Assembly: GCA_902785485.1 (NCBI GenBank)
Contig: CACZZA010000004.1
Location: 1 to 62,322 of the forward strand
Reading direction: 5' to 3'
Source: an uncultured Ruminococcus sp.
Lineage (GTDB): Bacteria > Bacillota > Clostridia > Oscillospirales > CAG-272
Length of the DNA stretch: 62,322 nt
Positions within the stretch are counted from its first letter, which is position 1. Every line of letters starts with the position of its first letter. A program made the translations under genes and the position numbers. Positions 37,881 through 47,281 of the stretch are shown in pieces. Under the pieces are notes generated by a model. That model was not told the origin of the DNA. It worked only from the letters and a program-made list of their open reading frames with translations, and did not search any database.

Positions 37881-37917
37881 AGAGGGCAAAGGTTTTATCC
37901 TGCGGAAAGGTAAACAG

Positions 37918-39183
37918 ATGAAAAGTTCGTTCACTCTGAAAAACGGATACGTATTCGACGCCGGAAAGGTCAAAAAGGGCGACGTATTTATCGACGGCGA
38001 GGTGTTCGCCGCGGGTGATATTTCCCCCGAGTTTTCCTCCGCCGATCATTCCGATATTTCCGGTCTTTATATATTACCCGGTTTTACTGACGTGCACGTC
38101 CACTTCAGAGAGCCGGGTTTTTCTTATAAAGAGACGATAAAAACGGGGAGCATGGCGGCGGCGCGCGGCGGATACCGGCGCGTCTGCACGATGCCGAACC
38201 TGGATCCCGTGCCTGACACGCTCGGGCATCTAAAAACGCAGCTCGACATAATAGAGCGCGACGGCGCGATAGAGGTCGTCCCGTTCGGCTCGATCACTCG
38301 GGGCGAAAAGGGAGACGCGCTCTCCGATATGGAGGCTATGGCTCCCTTCGTCGCGGGATTTTCGGACGACGGACGCGGAGTGCAGTCGCGCGATATGATG
38401 CGCGAAGCGATGCTCAAAGCCAAAGAGCTGGGCAAAGTGATCTCGGCGCACTGCGAGGTCAATTCACTGCTGAACGGCGGATACATCCACGACGGGATCT
38501 ACGCGAAAGAACACGGACACAGAGGAATACCGTCGGAGAGCGAGTGGCGCGAGATCGAACGGGATATAGAGCTCGCTTATGAAACGGGCGTGAAGTATCA
38601 CGTCTGCCACGTCTCGACAAAAGAGAGCATCAGCCTCATCCGCGACGCGAAGAAAAGCGGAGTCGACGTCACCTGCGAGACGGGACCTCACTATCTGCTG
38701 CTCGACGAAACGCATCTGCGCGAGGACGGGCGGTTCAAGATGAATCCGCCTTTACGCGGAGTACGCGACCGCGAGGCGATGATCGAGGCGATGATCGACG
38801 GCACGCTCGACATGATAGCGACCGACCACGCGCCCCACTCGGCGGAGGAAAAGTCGCGCGGGCTTGAAAAGAGCGCGATGGGCGTCGTCGGCATCGAAAC
38901 GGCGTTCCCTCTGATGTACACGGGTTTTGTAAAAAGCGGGATCATAACGCTCGGACGGCTGATGGAGCTTATGTGTTTCGCTCCCTGCCGCCGCTTCGGA
39001 TTTGAATGCGGGATCGGCGCGGGCAAGGACGCGAGCTTCTCGGTCTGGGATCTTGAAAGGGAATATACGGTCGACCCCGGCGAGTTCCTCTCGATGGGCA
39101 AAAGCACTCCTTTTGCGGGCGAGCGGGTCTTTGGTCGGTGCGTCGCAACGTATCATAAAGGCAAAAAAATCTATTCGGATTAA
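37918..39183 (+). CDS. pyrC: dihydroorotase
   Basis: PGFTDVHVHFREPG, ...HCE..., HVCHVST and ATDHAPH motifs. 421 aa. Confidence 0.95.
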   Translation: MKSSFTLKNGYVFDAGKVKKGDVFIDGEVFAAGDISPEFSSADHSDISGLYILPGFTDVHVHFREPGFSYKETIKTGSMAAARGGYRRVCTMPNLDPVPDTLGHLKTQLDIIERDGAIEVVPFGSITRGEKGDALSDMEAMAPFVAGFSDDGRGVQSRDMMREAMLKAKELGKVISAHCEVNSLLNGGYIHDGIYAKEHGHRGIPSESEWREIERDIELAYETGVKYHVCHVSTKESISLIRDAKKSGVDVTCETGPHYLLLDETHLREDGRFKMNPPLRGVRDREAMIEAMIDGTLDMIATDHAPHSAEEKSRGLEKSAMGVVGIETAFPLMYTGFVKSGIITLGRLMELMCFAPCRRFGFECGIGAGKDASFSVWDLEREYTVDPGEFLSMGKSTPFAGERVFGRCVATYHKGKKIYSD

Positions 39184-39200
39184 AAGTTAGGGTGATCAAA

Positions 39201-42200
39201 ATGGCAAAAAGAACGGATCTCAAAAAAATAATGATAATAGGCTCGGGTCCTATCGTCATCGGACAGGCGGCGGAGTTCGACTACGCCGGCACACAGGCGT
39301 GTCTCGCGCTCAAGGAGGAGGGATACGAGGTCCTGCTCGTAAACTCCAACCCCGCGACGATAATGACCGACACCTCGATCGCGGACAAGGTCTATATGGA
39401 GCCTCTGACGCTCGAATACGTGGCGAGGATACTCCGCAAGGAGCGTCCCGACGCGATCATCCCCGGCATCGGCGGACAGACGGGACTCAACCTCGCGATG
39501 CAGCTTGAAAAGAAGGGCATACTCCGCGAGTGCGGAGTCGAACTGCTCGGCACGAGCAGCAAGAGCATAGAAAAAGCCGAGGACAGAGAGCTGTTCAAGG
39601 AGCTTTGCCAGGAGATCGGCGAGCCGGTCATCGCCTCCCGCATCACCTACTCGGTCGACGAGGCGAAGGCGGCGGCGAAAGAGATAGGCTACCCGGTGGT
39701 CCTGCGCCCCGCGTTCACGCTCGGCGGCACGGGCGGCGGCTTTGCCGACGACGAGGAGGAGCTTGTTGAAGTTGCGGTCAACGCGTTCAGGCTTTCCCCC
39801 GTACATCAGGTGCTTATTGAGAAGAGCGTCCGCGGCTACAAGGAGATCGAATTTGAAGTAATGCGCGACGGCAACGACAAGGCAATCACGATCTGCGGTA
39901 TGGAAAACGTCGACCCCGTCGGCGTACACACCGGAGACTCCATCGTTGTCGCTCCGATAATGTCGCTGAACGATCACGACCTCAAAATGCTCAACGACAG
40001 CGCGATCAAGATCATCCGCGCGCTCGGCATCGAGGGCGGCTGCAACGTCCAGTTCGCGCTCCATCCCAAGACCTCGGAATACTACCTTATAGAAGTCAAT
40101 CCCCGAGTGTCACGCAGTTCGGCGCTCGCGTCCAAGGCGTCGGGCTATCCGATCGCCCGAGTCACCGCCAAGATAGCGGTCGGAATGGCGCTCGAGGACA
40201 TAAAGATCGCCAACACGAACGCGGCGTTCGAGCCGTCGCTCGACTACGTCGTCGCGAAGTTCCCGCGTTTCCCGTTCGATAAGTTCGCCGCCGCGAGCAA
40301 CAAGCTCGGTACGCAGATGAAAGCGACCGGCGAAGTCATGGCGATAGGAAGCACGCTTGAAGAATGTATGCTCAAAGCGGTCAGGAGCCTCGAGACCGGA
40401 GTCTGCCATCTGTTCAGTCCCAAGTTCGAGAGCTATACGGAAGACGAGCTTCTCTCCTACGTTTCGGAGTTCAAGGACGACGCAATTTACGCTGTCGCAC
40501 GTCTGCTCCGCCTCGGAACGCCGATAGATAAGATCTACGAAAAGACGCTCATCACCCCTCTGTTCCTTGAAAGCATAAAGAAGATAACCGACTGCGAAAA
40601 AGTCCTCTCGGCGCATAAGGGCGACGTCGAAACGCTCAAAAACGCCAAGAAGCTCGGCTTCTGCGACAAATATATCGCGAAGCTCTGGGATACGAAGGAG
40701 GAGGACGTCGCCGCTCTGCGTATCGAAAACAAGATCTTCCCGGTCTACCGTATGGTCGACACCTGCCACACCGGAGCGTATATACCGTACTTCTACTCGT
40801 CCTACTCGGGAGAGAACAAGTCGGTCGTCACCGACCGCAAGAAGATAATCGTCCTCGGCGCGGGACCCATCCGCATCGGACAGGGAGTCGAGTTCGACTA
40901 CTCGACCGTCCACGCCGTCACGACGATCAAAAAGAGCGGCTACGAAGCCATCATCATCAACAACAACCCCGAGACCGTCTCGACCGATTACACGACGGCG
41001 GATAAGCTCTATTTCGAGCCGCTGACTCCCGAGGACGTGATGAACATCGCGATCTTCGAGGGCGCGTACGACGCGATAGCCTCCCTCGGCGGACAGACCG
41101 CCATCAACCTCGCGGAGCCTCTGCTCCGCCGCGGAATGAACATCATCGGCACGGGAGTCGAGGCGATTGACCGCGCGGAGAACCGCGACCTGTTTGAAAA
41201 GATACTGCTCGAACTCAACATCCCTCAACCCGAGGGCAGAGCCGTCACCGACATTGAGGAAGGCGTGCGCGCGGCGGCGAAGATAGGCTACCCAGTGCTC
41301 GTCCGTCCCTCGTTCGTGCTGGGCGGACGCGCGATGCAGATAGTGACGTCGGAGACTCAGCTCCGCCACTACCTCAAGGACGCCGTCGAGATCGACGAGG
41401 ACAAGCCCGTGCTGGTAGATAAATACATCCGCGGCAAAGAGGTCGAGGTCGACGCGATCTGCGACGGCAAGGACGTTTTCGTTCCCGGAATAATGGAGCT
41501 TGTCGAACGCACCGGTATCCACTCCGGCGACAGTATGAGCGTATATCCTCCGTTCAGTATTTCCGACAAGGTCAAGGGAGTCATCCTCGACTACTCGAAG
41601 CGTCTCGGACTCGGACTCGGCATCGTCGGACTTTACAACATCCAGTTCATCGTCGACGAAAACGACTCCGTTTATATAATCGAAGTCAACCCGCGCTCCT
41701 CGCGTACCGTCCCGTTCCTGTCGAAATCGACCGGCTATTCGCTCGCGGACATCGCGACGAACGTCATCCTCGGCAAGTCGCTGAAGGAGCAGGGCATATT
41801 CGGGATCTATCCCGAGGAAAAGAAGCGCTGGTACGTCAAGGTCCCGGTGTTCAGCTTCTCGAAGATCCGCGGACTCGACACCTACCTCTCGCCCGAGATG
41901 AAGTCGACCGGCGAGGCGATAGGCTACGACGACCGCTTCGACCGCGCCATGTACAAGGCGCTCCAGGCGTCCGGTATGCAGCTCCAGAACTACGGCACCA
42001 TCCTCGTCACCGTCGCCGACGACGACAAGGAGGAGGCGCTCCCGCTCGTCAAACGCTTCTATGACATCGGCTTCAACATCGAGGCGACGCGCGGAACGGC
42101 GGAGTTCCTCAAAAAGAACGGCATACGCACCTCCGTACGCAAGAAGATAAGCGAGGACGAGAACGACATCCCCGACGCTCTGCGGCAGGGACACATCGCC

Positions 42201-42374
42201 TACGTCATCAACACGCGCGATATGAACACCGACTTCCACAACCGCGACGGCTTCCTGATACGCCGTATCTCGGTCGAGAACAACGTGACGGTCTTCACGT
42301 CCCTCGATACGGTCAAAATAGTTCTCGACGTGCTTGAACAGTCCACTATCGGCGTGTCGACGATAGATTCATAA
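39201..42374 (+). CDS. carB: carbamoyl-phosphate synthase large subunit
   Basis: MAKRTDLKKIMIIGSGPIVIGQAAEFDYAGTQA... Duplicated ATP-grasp halves and an MGS-like C-terminus. 1057 aa. Confidence 0.97.
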   Translation: MAKRTDLKKIMIIGSGPIVIGQAAEFDYAGTQACLALKEEGYEVLLVNSNPATIMTDTSIADKVYMEPLTLEYVARILRKERPDAIIPGIGGQTGLNLAMQLEKKGILRECGVELLGTSSKSIEKAEDRELFKELCQEIGEPVIASRITYSVDEAKAAAKEIGYPVVLRPAFTLGGTGGGFADDEEELVEVAVNAFRLSPVHQVLIEKSVRGYKEIEFEVMRDGNDKAITICGMENVDPVGVHTGDSIVVAPIMSLNDHDLKMLNDSAIKIIRALGIEGGCNVQFALHPKTSEYYLIEVNPRVSRSSALASKASGYPIARVTAKIAVGMALEDIKIANTNAAFEPSLDYVVAKFPRFPFDKFAAASNKLGTQMKATGEVMAIGSTLEECMLKAVRSLETGVCHLFSPKFESYTEDELLSYVSEFKDDAIYAVARLLRLGTPIDKIYEKTLITPLFLESIKKITDCEKVLSAHKGDVETLKNAKKLGFCDKYIAKLWDTKEEDVAALRIENKIFPVYRMVDTCHTGAYIPYFYSSYSGENKSVVTDRKKIIVLGAGPIRIGQGVEFDYSTVHAVTTIKKSGYEAIIINNNPETVSTDYTTADKLYFEPLTPEDVMNIAIFEGAYDAIASLGGQTAINLAEPLLRRGMNIIGTGVEAIDRAENRDLFEKILLELNIPQPEGRAVTDIEEGVRAAAKIGYPVLVRPSFVLGGRAMQIVTSETQLRHYLKDAVEIDEDKPVLVDKYIRGKEVEVDAICDGKDVFVPGIMELVERTGIHSGDSMSVYPPFSISDKVKGVILDYSKRLGLGLGIVGLYNIQFIVDENDSVYIIEVNPRSSRTVPFLSKSTGYSLADIATNVILGKSLKEQGIFGIYPEEKKRWYVKVPVFSFSKIRGLDTYLSPEMKSTGEAIGYDDRFDRAMYKALQASGMQLQNYGTILVTVADDDKEEALPLVKRFYDIGFNIEATRGTAEFLKKNGIRTSVRKKISEDENDIPDALRQGHIAYVINTRDMNTDFHNRDGFLIRRISVENNVTVFTSLDTVKIVLDVLEQSTIGVSTIDS

Positions 42375-42384
42375 GTGAGAAAAA

Positions 42385-43113
42385 ATGAAAAACACAACTT
42401 TTGAGATACTGACGAACGAGCCTCTGACAAAGGACGTTTACCGTATGACGCTTTCGGGCGACACGGAAGGGATCCGTCCCGGTCAGTTCGTCGATATTCG
42501 GCTTGACGTCGGGTATCTGCGCCGCCCGATCTCGGTCTGCGACGCGGAAGGGGACGTCCTCACGCTGATATACAAAACGGTCGGCAGGGGGACGGAGGAG
42601 ATGGCGTCCTATAAGGCGGGGAAACGGCTCGACCTGCTTACCTGCCTCGGCAACGGTTACGACCCTTCTCAAAGCGGAGACAGACCTCTGCTCATAGGCG
42701 GGGGAGTCGGCGTACCGCCGCTCTATATGCTCGCAAAAGCGCTGATAAAGCAGGGAAAGGACGTCGGTGTCATCCTCGGCTTCAATACGTCCGACGAGAT
42801 TTTTTACGAAAAAGAGTTCGCGTCCCTCGGCGCCCGTGTCGCTATAACGACCGTCGACGGTTCGCGCGGGACAAAGGGTTTCGTCACCGACGCGCTCGGA
42901 CTTTTCGACTATACCTACGTTTACTCCTGCGGACCCAAACCGATGCTGAAAGCGGTCTGCGATAAGATCCCGACGGGCGGACAGTTCAGCCTCGAAGAGC
43001 GTATGGGATGCGGCTTCGGCGCGTGTATGGGGTGTTCGGTCAAAACGGCGAACGGATATAAACGGCTGTGCAAGGACGGTCCCGTCCTGAATAAGGAGGA
43101 GATCCTATGGTGA
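42385..43113 (+). CDS. pyrK: dihydroorotate dehydrogenase B electron-transfer subunit
   Basis: FAD/NAD-binding fold. C-terminal CGFGACMGCSV...C 2Fe-2S motif. Confidence 0.9.
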   Translation: MKNTTFEILTNEPLTKDVYRMTLSGDTEGIRPGQFVDIRLDVGYLRRPISVCDAEGDVLTLIYKTVGRGTEEMASYKAGKRLDLLTCLGNGYDPSQSGDRPLLIGGGVGVPPLYMLAKALIKQGKDVGVILGFNTSDEIFYEKEFASLGARVAITTVDGSRGTKGFVTDALGLFDYTYVYSCGPKPMLKAVCDKIPTGGQFSLEERMGCGFGACMGCSVKTANGYKRLCKDGPVLNKEEILW

Positions 43114-44018
43114 ACACTGCGGTAGAGCTTTGCGGGATCGCGCTCGACAACCCGGTCATCCCCGCGTCGGGCACCTTCGGCTACGGAAAGGAATTCGCGG
43201 AGATCTACGATATAAATATCCTCGGCTCTTTCAGCTTCAAGGGGACGACGGGAGAGGAGCGTTTCGGCAATCCGACTCCCCGTATCGCGGAAACGCCGGG
43301 CGGTATGCTCAACGCGGTCGGACTCCAGAATCCGGGAGTCGAACACGTGATAAAAACGATACTCCCCGAAATGAAGTCGTATTTTCACAAAAAAGTGATG
43401 GCGAACGTCAGCGGCTTTTCGGTCGACGAGTACGTCAGAGTCTCGTCCCTTCTCGGCAAAGAGGAGCAGGTCGGCTGGATAGAGCTGAATATCAGCTGTC
43501 CCAACGTCCACGGCGGCGGGATGAGCTTCGGCACGGACGAGCGCTCGGCTTACGAAGTGACGAAAGCGGTCAAGGGCGCGACGGACAAACCGGTCATAGT
43601 CAAGCTCTCGCCCAACGTGACGGATATATGCTCGATAGCAAAAGCGTGCGAAAAGGGCGGCGCCGACGGCATCAGCCTTATAAATACGCTGATGGGTATG
43701 AGGATAGACCTCAAAAGAAAAAGACCCGTCCTCGCGAACGTGACGGGAGGCTATTCCGGCCCCGGGGTGTTCCCGGTGGCTCTGCGGATGGTCTATCAGG
43801 TGTATGAGGCGGTCAATATCCCGATAGTCGGGATGGGCGGCGTTTCTTCGGCGGAGGACGTTATCGAAATGATGCTCGCCGGAGCGACGGCTGTCGAAGT
43901 AGGGGCGGCGAACCTTATCGATCCATACGCCTCGAAAAAGATCGTCGAGGGACTCCCCCGGGCGATGGAAAAATACGGTATAACCACACTCAAAGATATT
44001 ATAGGAGGCGCTCACTGA
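43107..44018 (+). CDS. pyrD: dihydroorotate dehydrogenase B catalytic subunit
   Basis: [23 protein letters not shown] and GMGGV motifs. 303 aa. Confidence 0.95.
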   Translation: MVNTAVELCGIALDNPVIPASGTFGYGKEFAEIYDINILGSFSFKGTTGEERFGNPTPRIAETPGGMLNAVGLQNPGVEHVIKTILPEMKSYFHKKVMANVSGFSVDEYVRVSSLLGKEEQVGWIELNISCPNVHGGGMSFGTDERSAYEVTKAVKGATDKPVIVKLSPNVTDICSIAKACEKGGADGISLINTLMGMRIDLKRKRPVLANVTGGYSGPGVFPVALRMVYQVYEAVNIPIVGMGGVSSAEDVIEMMLAGATAVEVGAANLIDPYASKKIVEGLPRAMEKYGITTLKDIIGGAH

Positions 44019-44716
44019 TGGGAAAAGACGTCATAATAGCCTGCGACTTTCCGAGCAGAGAGGAAACGCTCGGATTTCTCGCAAAATTCAAGGATAACAA
44101 GCCGTTCGTCAAGATCGGTATGGAGCTGTTCTACGCGGAGGGACCGTCGATCGTGCGCGAGATAAAGGAGAGGGGACATAAGATCTTCCTCGATCTCAAG
44201 CTCCACGACATCCCGAACACCGTCAAAAAGGCGATGAACGTGCTTTCGCGACTTGACGTTGATATGACCAACCTTCACGCCGCGGGCGCGTCGGAAATGA
44301 TGAAATACGCGCTCGAGGGGCTTACCCGTCCCGACGGCACGAGACCTCTGCTCATCGCCGTGACTCAGCTCACGTCCACCGGAGAGGAACGGATGCGCGA
44401 CGAGCTGCTCATCTCTGCGTCGCTCCCCGAAACGGTGCTTTCCTACGCGAAAAACGCGCAGAGGAGCGGTCTTGACGGCGTCGTCTGCTCACCGCTCGAG
44501 TCGCCCGTCATCCACGAAAACTGCGGAAAGGACTTCATCACCGTCACTCCGGGCGTGCGCTTCGCCGACTCGGAAAAGGGGGACCAGGTCCGCGTTACGA
44601 CTCCCGAACGCGCGAAGGAACTCGGCTCCGACTATATCGTCGTCGGACGTCCGATAACCGCCGCCGAAGACCCCGTCGCGGCGTACGAAAAAGCAATGAA
44701 AGCCTTTGTCGGCTGA
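44018..44716 (+). CDS. pyrF: orotidine-5'-phosphate decarboxylase
   Basis: IIACDF..., [23 protein letters not shown] and IVVGRPIT motifs. Confidence 0.95.
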   Translation: MGKDVIIACDFPSREETLGFLAKFKDNKPFVKIGMELFYAEGPSIVREIKERGHKIFLDLKLHDIPNTVKKAMNVLSRLDVDMTNLHAAGASEMMKYALEGLTRPDGTRPLLIAVTQLTSTGEERMRDELLISASLPETVLSYAKNAQRSGLDGVVCSPLESPVIHENCGKDFITVTPGVRFADSEKGDQVRVTTPERAKELGSDYIVVGRPITAAEDPVAAYEKAMKAFVG

Positions 44717-44735
44717 TAATAAAGGAGAAAAACCG

Positions 44736-45374
44736 ATGAAAAGACTTATAGCGAAAGACTTACTCAAGATCAAAGCGGTGTTCTTCAGACCCGACGAGCC
44801 GTTTATCTGGGCGAGCGGGATCAAAAGTCCGGTTTACTGCGACAACCGCCTTACGCTGACCGACGTCGACGTTCGTAACGACGTTGAAAACGGACTCGCC
44901 GAAAATATCAAAAAATACTACCCCGACGTCGAAGTGCTGATGGGCACGTCGACCGCGGGCATCGCGCACGCCGCGATCACGGGACATCTGCTCTCCCTGC
45001 CGATGGGATACGTCCGCTCGGGCGCGAAGGACCACGGACGCAAGAACGCGATAGAGGGCAAGCTCCTTCCCGGACAGAAGGTCGTCGTCGTCGAGGACCT
45101 TATCTCGACCGGCGGCTCGGTCATCGAAGTCGTCAATATTCTGCGCGAAGCGGGAGCGGACGTCCTCGGGATCGTTTCGATCTTCACATACGGAATGAAA
45201 AAAGGACTTGACCGCCTTGCGGAAGCAAAGGTACAAAACGTCAGCCTGACCGACTTCGACACTATCGCCGACGTCGCGGCGGAAGAGGGATATATCGCGA
45301 AGGAAGACGTCGAAAGACTGATCAAATTCCGCAACGATCCGTCCGACGAGAGCTGGATAGGAGCGGGCAAATGA
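44736..45374 (+). CDS. pyrE: orotate phosphoribosyltransferase
   Basis: [29 protein letters not shown]-binding motif. AAAGGAG RBS before the ATG at 44736. Confidence 0.93.
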   Translation: MKRLIAKDLLKIKAVFFRPDEPFIWASGIKSPVYCDNRLTLTDVDVRNDVENGLAENIKKYYPDVEVLMGTSTAGIAHAAITGHLLSLPMGYVRSGAKDHGRKNAIEGKLLPGQKVVVVEDLISTGGSVIEVVNILREAGADVLGIVSIFTYGMKKGLDRLAEAKVQNVSLTDFDTIADVAAEEGYIAKEDVERLIKFRNDPSDESWIGAGK

Positions 45375-46282
45375 GAAGCGTCATCGACATAATGGATCTG
45401 TCCGTAGGCGAGATAGACAGTCTCATAGAAACGGCAGAGTCCATAATAAAAGATCCCGCGGCGTACTCGGAGAAATGCCGCGGAAAGAAGCTCGCCACGC
45501 TGTTTTACGAGCCGTCGACCCGGACCCGTCTGTCTTTCGAGGCGGCGATGTACGAGCTTGGCGGACAGGTACTCGGCTTTTCCGAGGCGAGCAGCAGCTC
45601 GGTCTCGAAGGGCGAGAGCGTAGCCGACACCGTTCGCGTGGTCGGGTGCTACGCCGATATAATCGCGATGCGCCACCCCAAAGAGGGCGCGCCGCTCGTC
45701 GCGTCGAGATATTCTTCCGTTCCCGTCATCAACGCGGGCGACGGCGGACACAACCATCCCACGCAGACGCTCGCCGACCTGCTCACGATCAAACGCGAAA
45801 AGGGAAGGTTTGACGGACTGACCGTAGGTCTCTGCGGAGACCTTAAATTCGGGCGGACGGTACATTCGCTTATTTCCGCTATGTCGAGATACGAAAACGT
45901 CCGCTTCGTTATGATCTCGCCCGTGGAGCTTCGTATCCCCGACTACGTCAAGATCAATACTCTCGACAAAAACAAGATCCCGTACATCGAGGTCACCGAC
46001 CTCGAAAGCGTGATAGGCGAGCTTGACGTCCTCTATATGACAAGAGTGCAGAAAGAAAGATTTTTCAACGAGGCGGACTATATAAGGCTCAAGGACTCTT
46101 ATATCCTGACCTCTGAAAAGCTCGCGGGAGCCAAGGCTGATCTTTCGGTCATGCATCCGCTGCCGAGGGTAAACGAGATCTCGACCGACGTCGACTCCGA
46201 TCCCCGCGCGTGCTACTTCAAACAGGTGCTTTACGGCAAATATATGCGTATGGCGCTTATCCTGATGCTTCTGGGGGTGTGA
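45371..46282 (+). CDS. pyrB: aspartate carbamoyltransferase catalytic subunit
   Basis: [17 protein letters not shown], and HPLPRVNEI motifs. Confidence 0.95.
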   Translation: MRSVIDIMDLSVGEIDSLIETAESIIKDPAAYSEKCRGKKLATLFYEPSTRTRLSFEAAMYELGGQVLGFSEASSSSVSKGESVADTVRVVGCYADIIAMRHPKEGAPLVASRYSSVPVINAGDGGHNHPTQTLADLLTIKREKGRFDGLTVGLCGDLKFGRTVHSLISAMSRYENVRFVMISPVELRIPDYVKINTLDKNKIPYIEVTDLESVIGELDVLYMTRVQKERFFNEADYIRLKDSYILTSEKLAGAKADLSVMHPLPRVNEISTDVDSDPRACYFKQVLYGKYMRMALILMLLGV

Positions 46283-46284
46283 AT

Positions 46285-46716
46285 ATGATAATAGGACAGA
46301 TAATCAACGGCATCGTGCTTGACCACATCACCGCCGGACGCGGAGTCGACATATACGAAACGCTCCGCCTCGGAGAGCTTGACTGCACCGTCGCGATGAT
46401 ATTCAACGCCGACTCGGTCAAGATGGGCAAAAAGGACATCATCAAGATCGGAACTCCGATAGATATAGACCTCGACGTGCTCGGTATCATCGATCCCGGC
46501 ATCACCGTAAACTATATCCGCAACGGAGAGGTCGCGAAACGCGAACGTATCTCGCTCCCGGCGACGATACGCGGCATCCTCAAATGCAAAAATCCGCGCT
46601 GCATCACGACGACCGAACAGGGACTTACGCAGGAGTTCCGCCTCTGCGACGAGGAAAACAAGGTCTACCGCTGCGTTTACTGCGAGACGAAAGCGGATAC
46701 GTCAAGTCTGAAATAA
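46285..46716 (+). CDS. pyrI: aspartate carbamoyltransferase regulatory subunit
   Basis: NGIVLDHI...IIKI...CKNPRCIT...YRCVYCE with a zinc-binding Cys4. The ATG lies 2 nt after the pyrB stop. Confidence 0.9.
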   Translation: MIIGQIINGIVLDHITAGRGVDIYETLRLGELDCTVAMIFNADSVKMGKKDIIKIGTPIDIDLDVLGIIDPGITVNYIRNGEVAKRERISLPATIRGILKCKNPRCITTTEQGLTQEFRLCDEENKVYRCVYCETKADTSSLK

Positions 46717-46753
46717 GAAACGCTAAGAAACGCTAAGAAACGCTAAGAAACGC
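46714..46753 (+). repeat. 4 x 10-bp perfect tandem repeat TAAGAAACGC starting at the pyrI stop codon
   Basis: Read directly: 46714-23, 46724-33, 46734-43 and 46744-53 are identical. Confidence 0.95.
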
Positions 46754-46837
46754 GAGGGGGACCTTTTAAGGAAAGGTCCCCCTCGCGCTCCCCTCTAAAC
46801 CTTACAAAGGGAAGGGAGATAAACAAGAATTTAGCGG
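46751..46837 (-). repeat. R2-family repeat, left inverted arm of the pyrI-downstream element
   Basis: Its reverse complement aligns with 47106-47189 and 19644-19724. Hairpin GCGAGGGGGACC/GGTCCCCCTCGC. Confidence 0.75.
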
Positions 46838-47105
46838 CGTATTTGAAAGACGAATGATAGTCGAAAACTTCACCTTAAATCGGTGAGTGAGCGGTTTTGT
46901 CAATAGCTCACCCCTATGGGGGAGCTGTCGACGAAGTCGACTGAGAGGGCACGCCTGCGGTTGGTTACTATTCGTAATACCCTCTCCGTCACGGCGGGAC
47001 GGACACCGCCGCGCCACCTCTCCCATGGTGAGAGGTACCCGTTAGTGTTCGCTCGCCGCCTCGAGGTGAAGTATGTGCCTATCGTTTGTAACGGCAATAG
47101 TTGCT
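46838..47105. other. 268-bp GC-rich, hairpin-dense core enclosed by the R2 inverted arms (unclassified structured element)
   Basis: Closing helix ACTTCACC/GGTGAAGT plus GATAG/CTATC. Internal perfect hairpins GTGAGC..GCTCAC, CCCC-TAT-GGGG, GTCGAC-GAA-GTCGAC, GAGAGGG..CCCTCTC, GGCGG..CCGCC and CCTCTC..GAGAGG. No credible ORF. Confidence 0.6.
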
Positions 47106-47189
47106 CCGCTAAATTCTTGTTTATATTTCTGTCCCTCTGAAAGGTTTAGAAAAGGGTGCGGGAAAAACCTTTCCTTAAAAGGTTTTTCC
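47106..47189 (+). repeat. R2-family repeat, right arm
   Basis: CCGCTAAATTCTTGTTTAT...GGTTTAGA...GCGGGAAAAACC/GGTTTTTCCTGC hairpin. A partial third copy (TATTCTTGTTTATATTTCT) lies at 47209-47232. Confidence 0.75.
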
Positions 47190-47236
47190 TGCGCTCCCGT
47201 TCTCTCCTATATTCTTGTTTATATTTCTATCCCGAT

Positions 47237-47276
47237 CAAAAAACGTGGGACCTTTGTTAGTAAGGTCCCACGTTTT
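47237..47276 (-). terminator. intrinsic terminator of the yitT-like gene
   Basis: AAAACGTGGGACC...GGTCCCACGTTTT stem, with a U-tract on the minus strand. Confidence 0.8.
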
Positions 47277-47281
47277 ATGTT

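Noticed and set aside
40110-42239. 709-aa ORF antisense to carB. Similar long antisense or out-of-frame ORFs occur at 17793-19607, 14725-16299, 12620-13870, 42921-44015, 44918-46156, 56438-57457, 124-855 and 1250-2404.
   Set aside because: They lie opposite to, or out of frame with, genes that have unmistakable conserved motifs. Their translations are Arg/Asp/Val/Gly-rich low-information sequences with no RBS. This is the expected artefact of GC-rich third codon positions suppressing stop codons on the other strand.
46751-46787. Hairpin after pyrI, considered as an ordinary Rho-independent terminator.
   Set aside because: The 12-bp GC stem is not followed by a T-run on the plus strand, and it is part of the R2 repeat consensus. 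It may still terminate transcription, so it is reported as repeat structure rather than as a terminator.
46838-47105. Known structured RNA: TPP riboswitch (GGGG...hairpin...CUGAGA resemblance), ZTP, yybP-ykoY, c-di-GMP, SRP, RNase P, tmRNA, 6S or hammerhead.
   Set aside because: Only isolated short resemblances are present. The obligatory partner motifs (for example ACCUGAUCUGGAUAAUGCCAGCG for TPP or GAGGAAAGUCC for RNase P) are absent on both strands. The element is not upstream of any gene.
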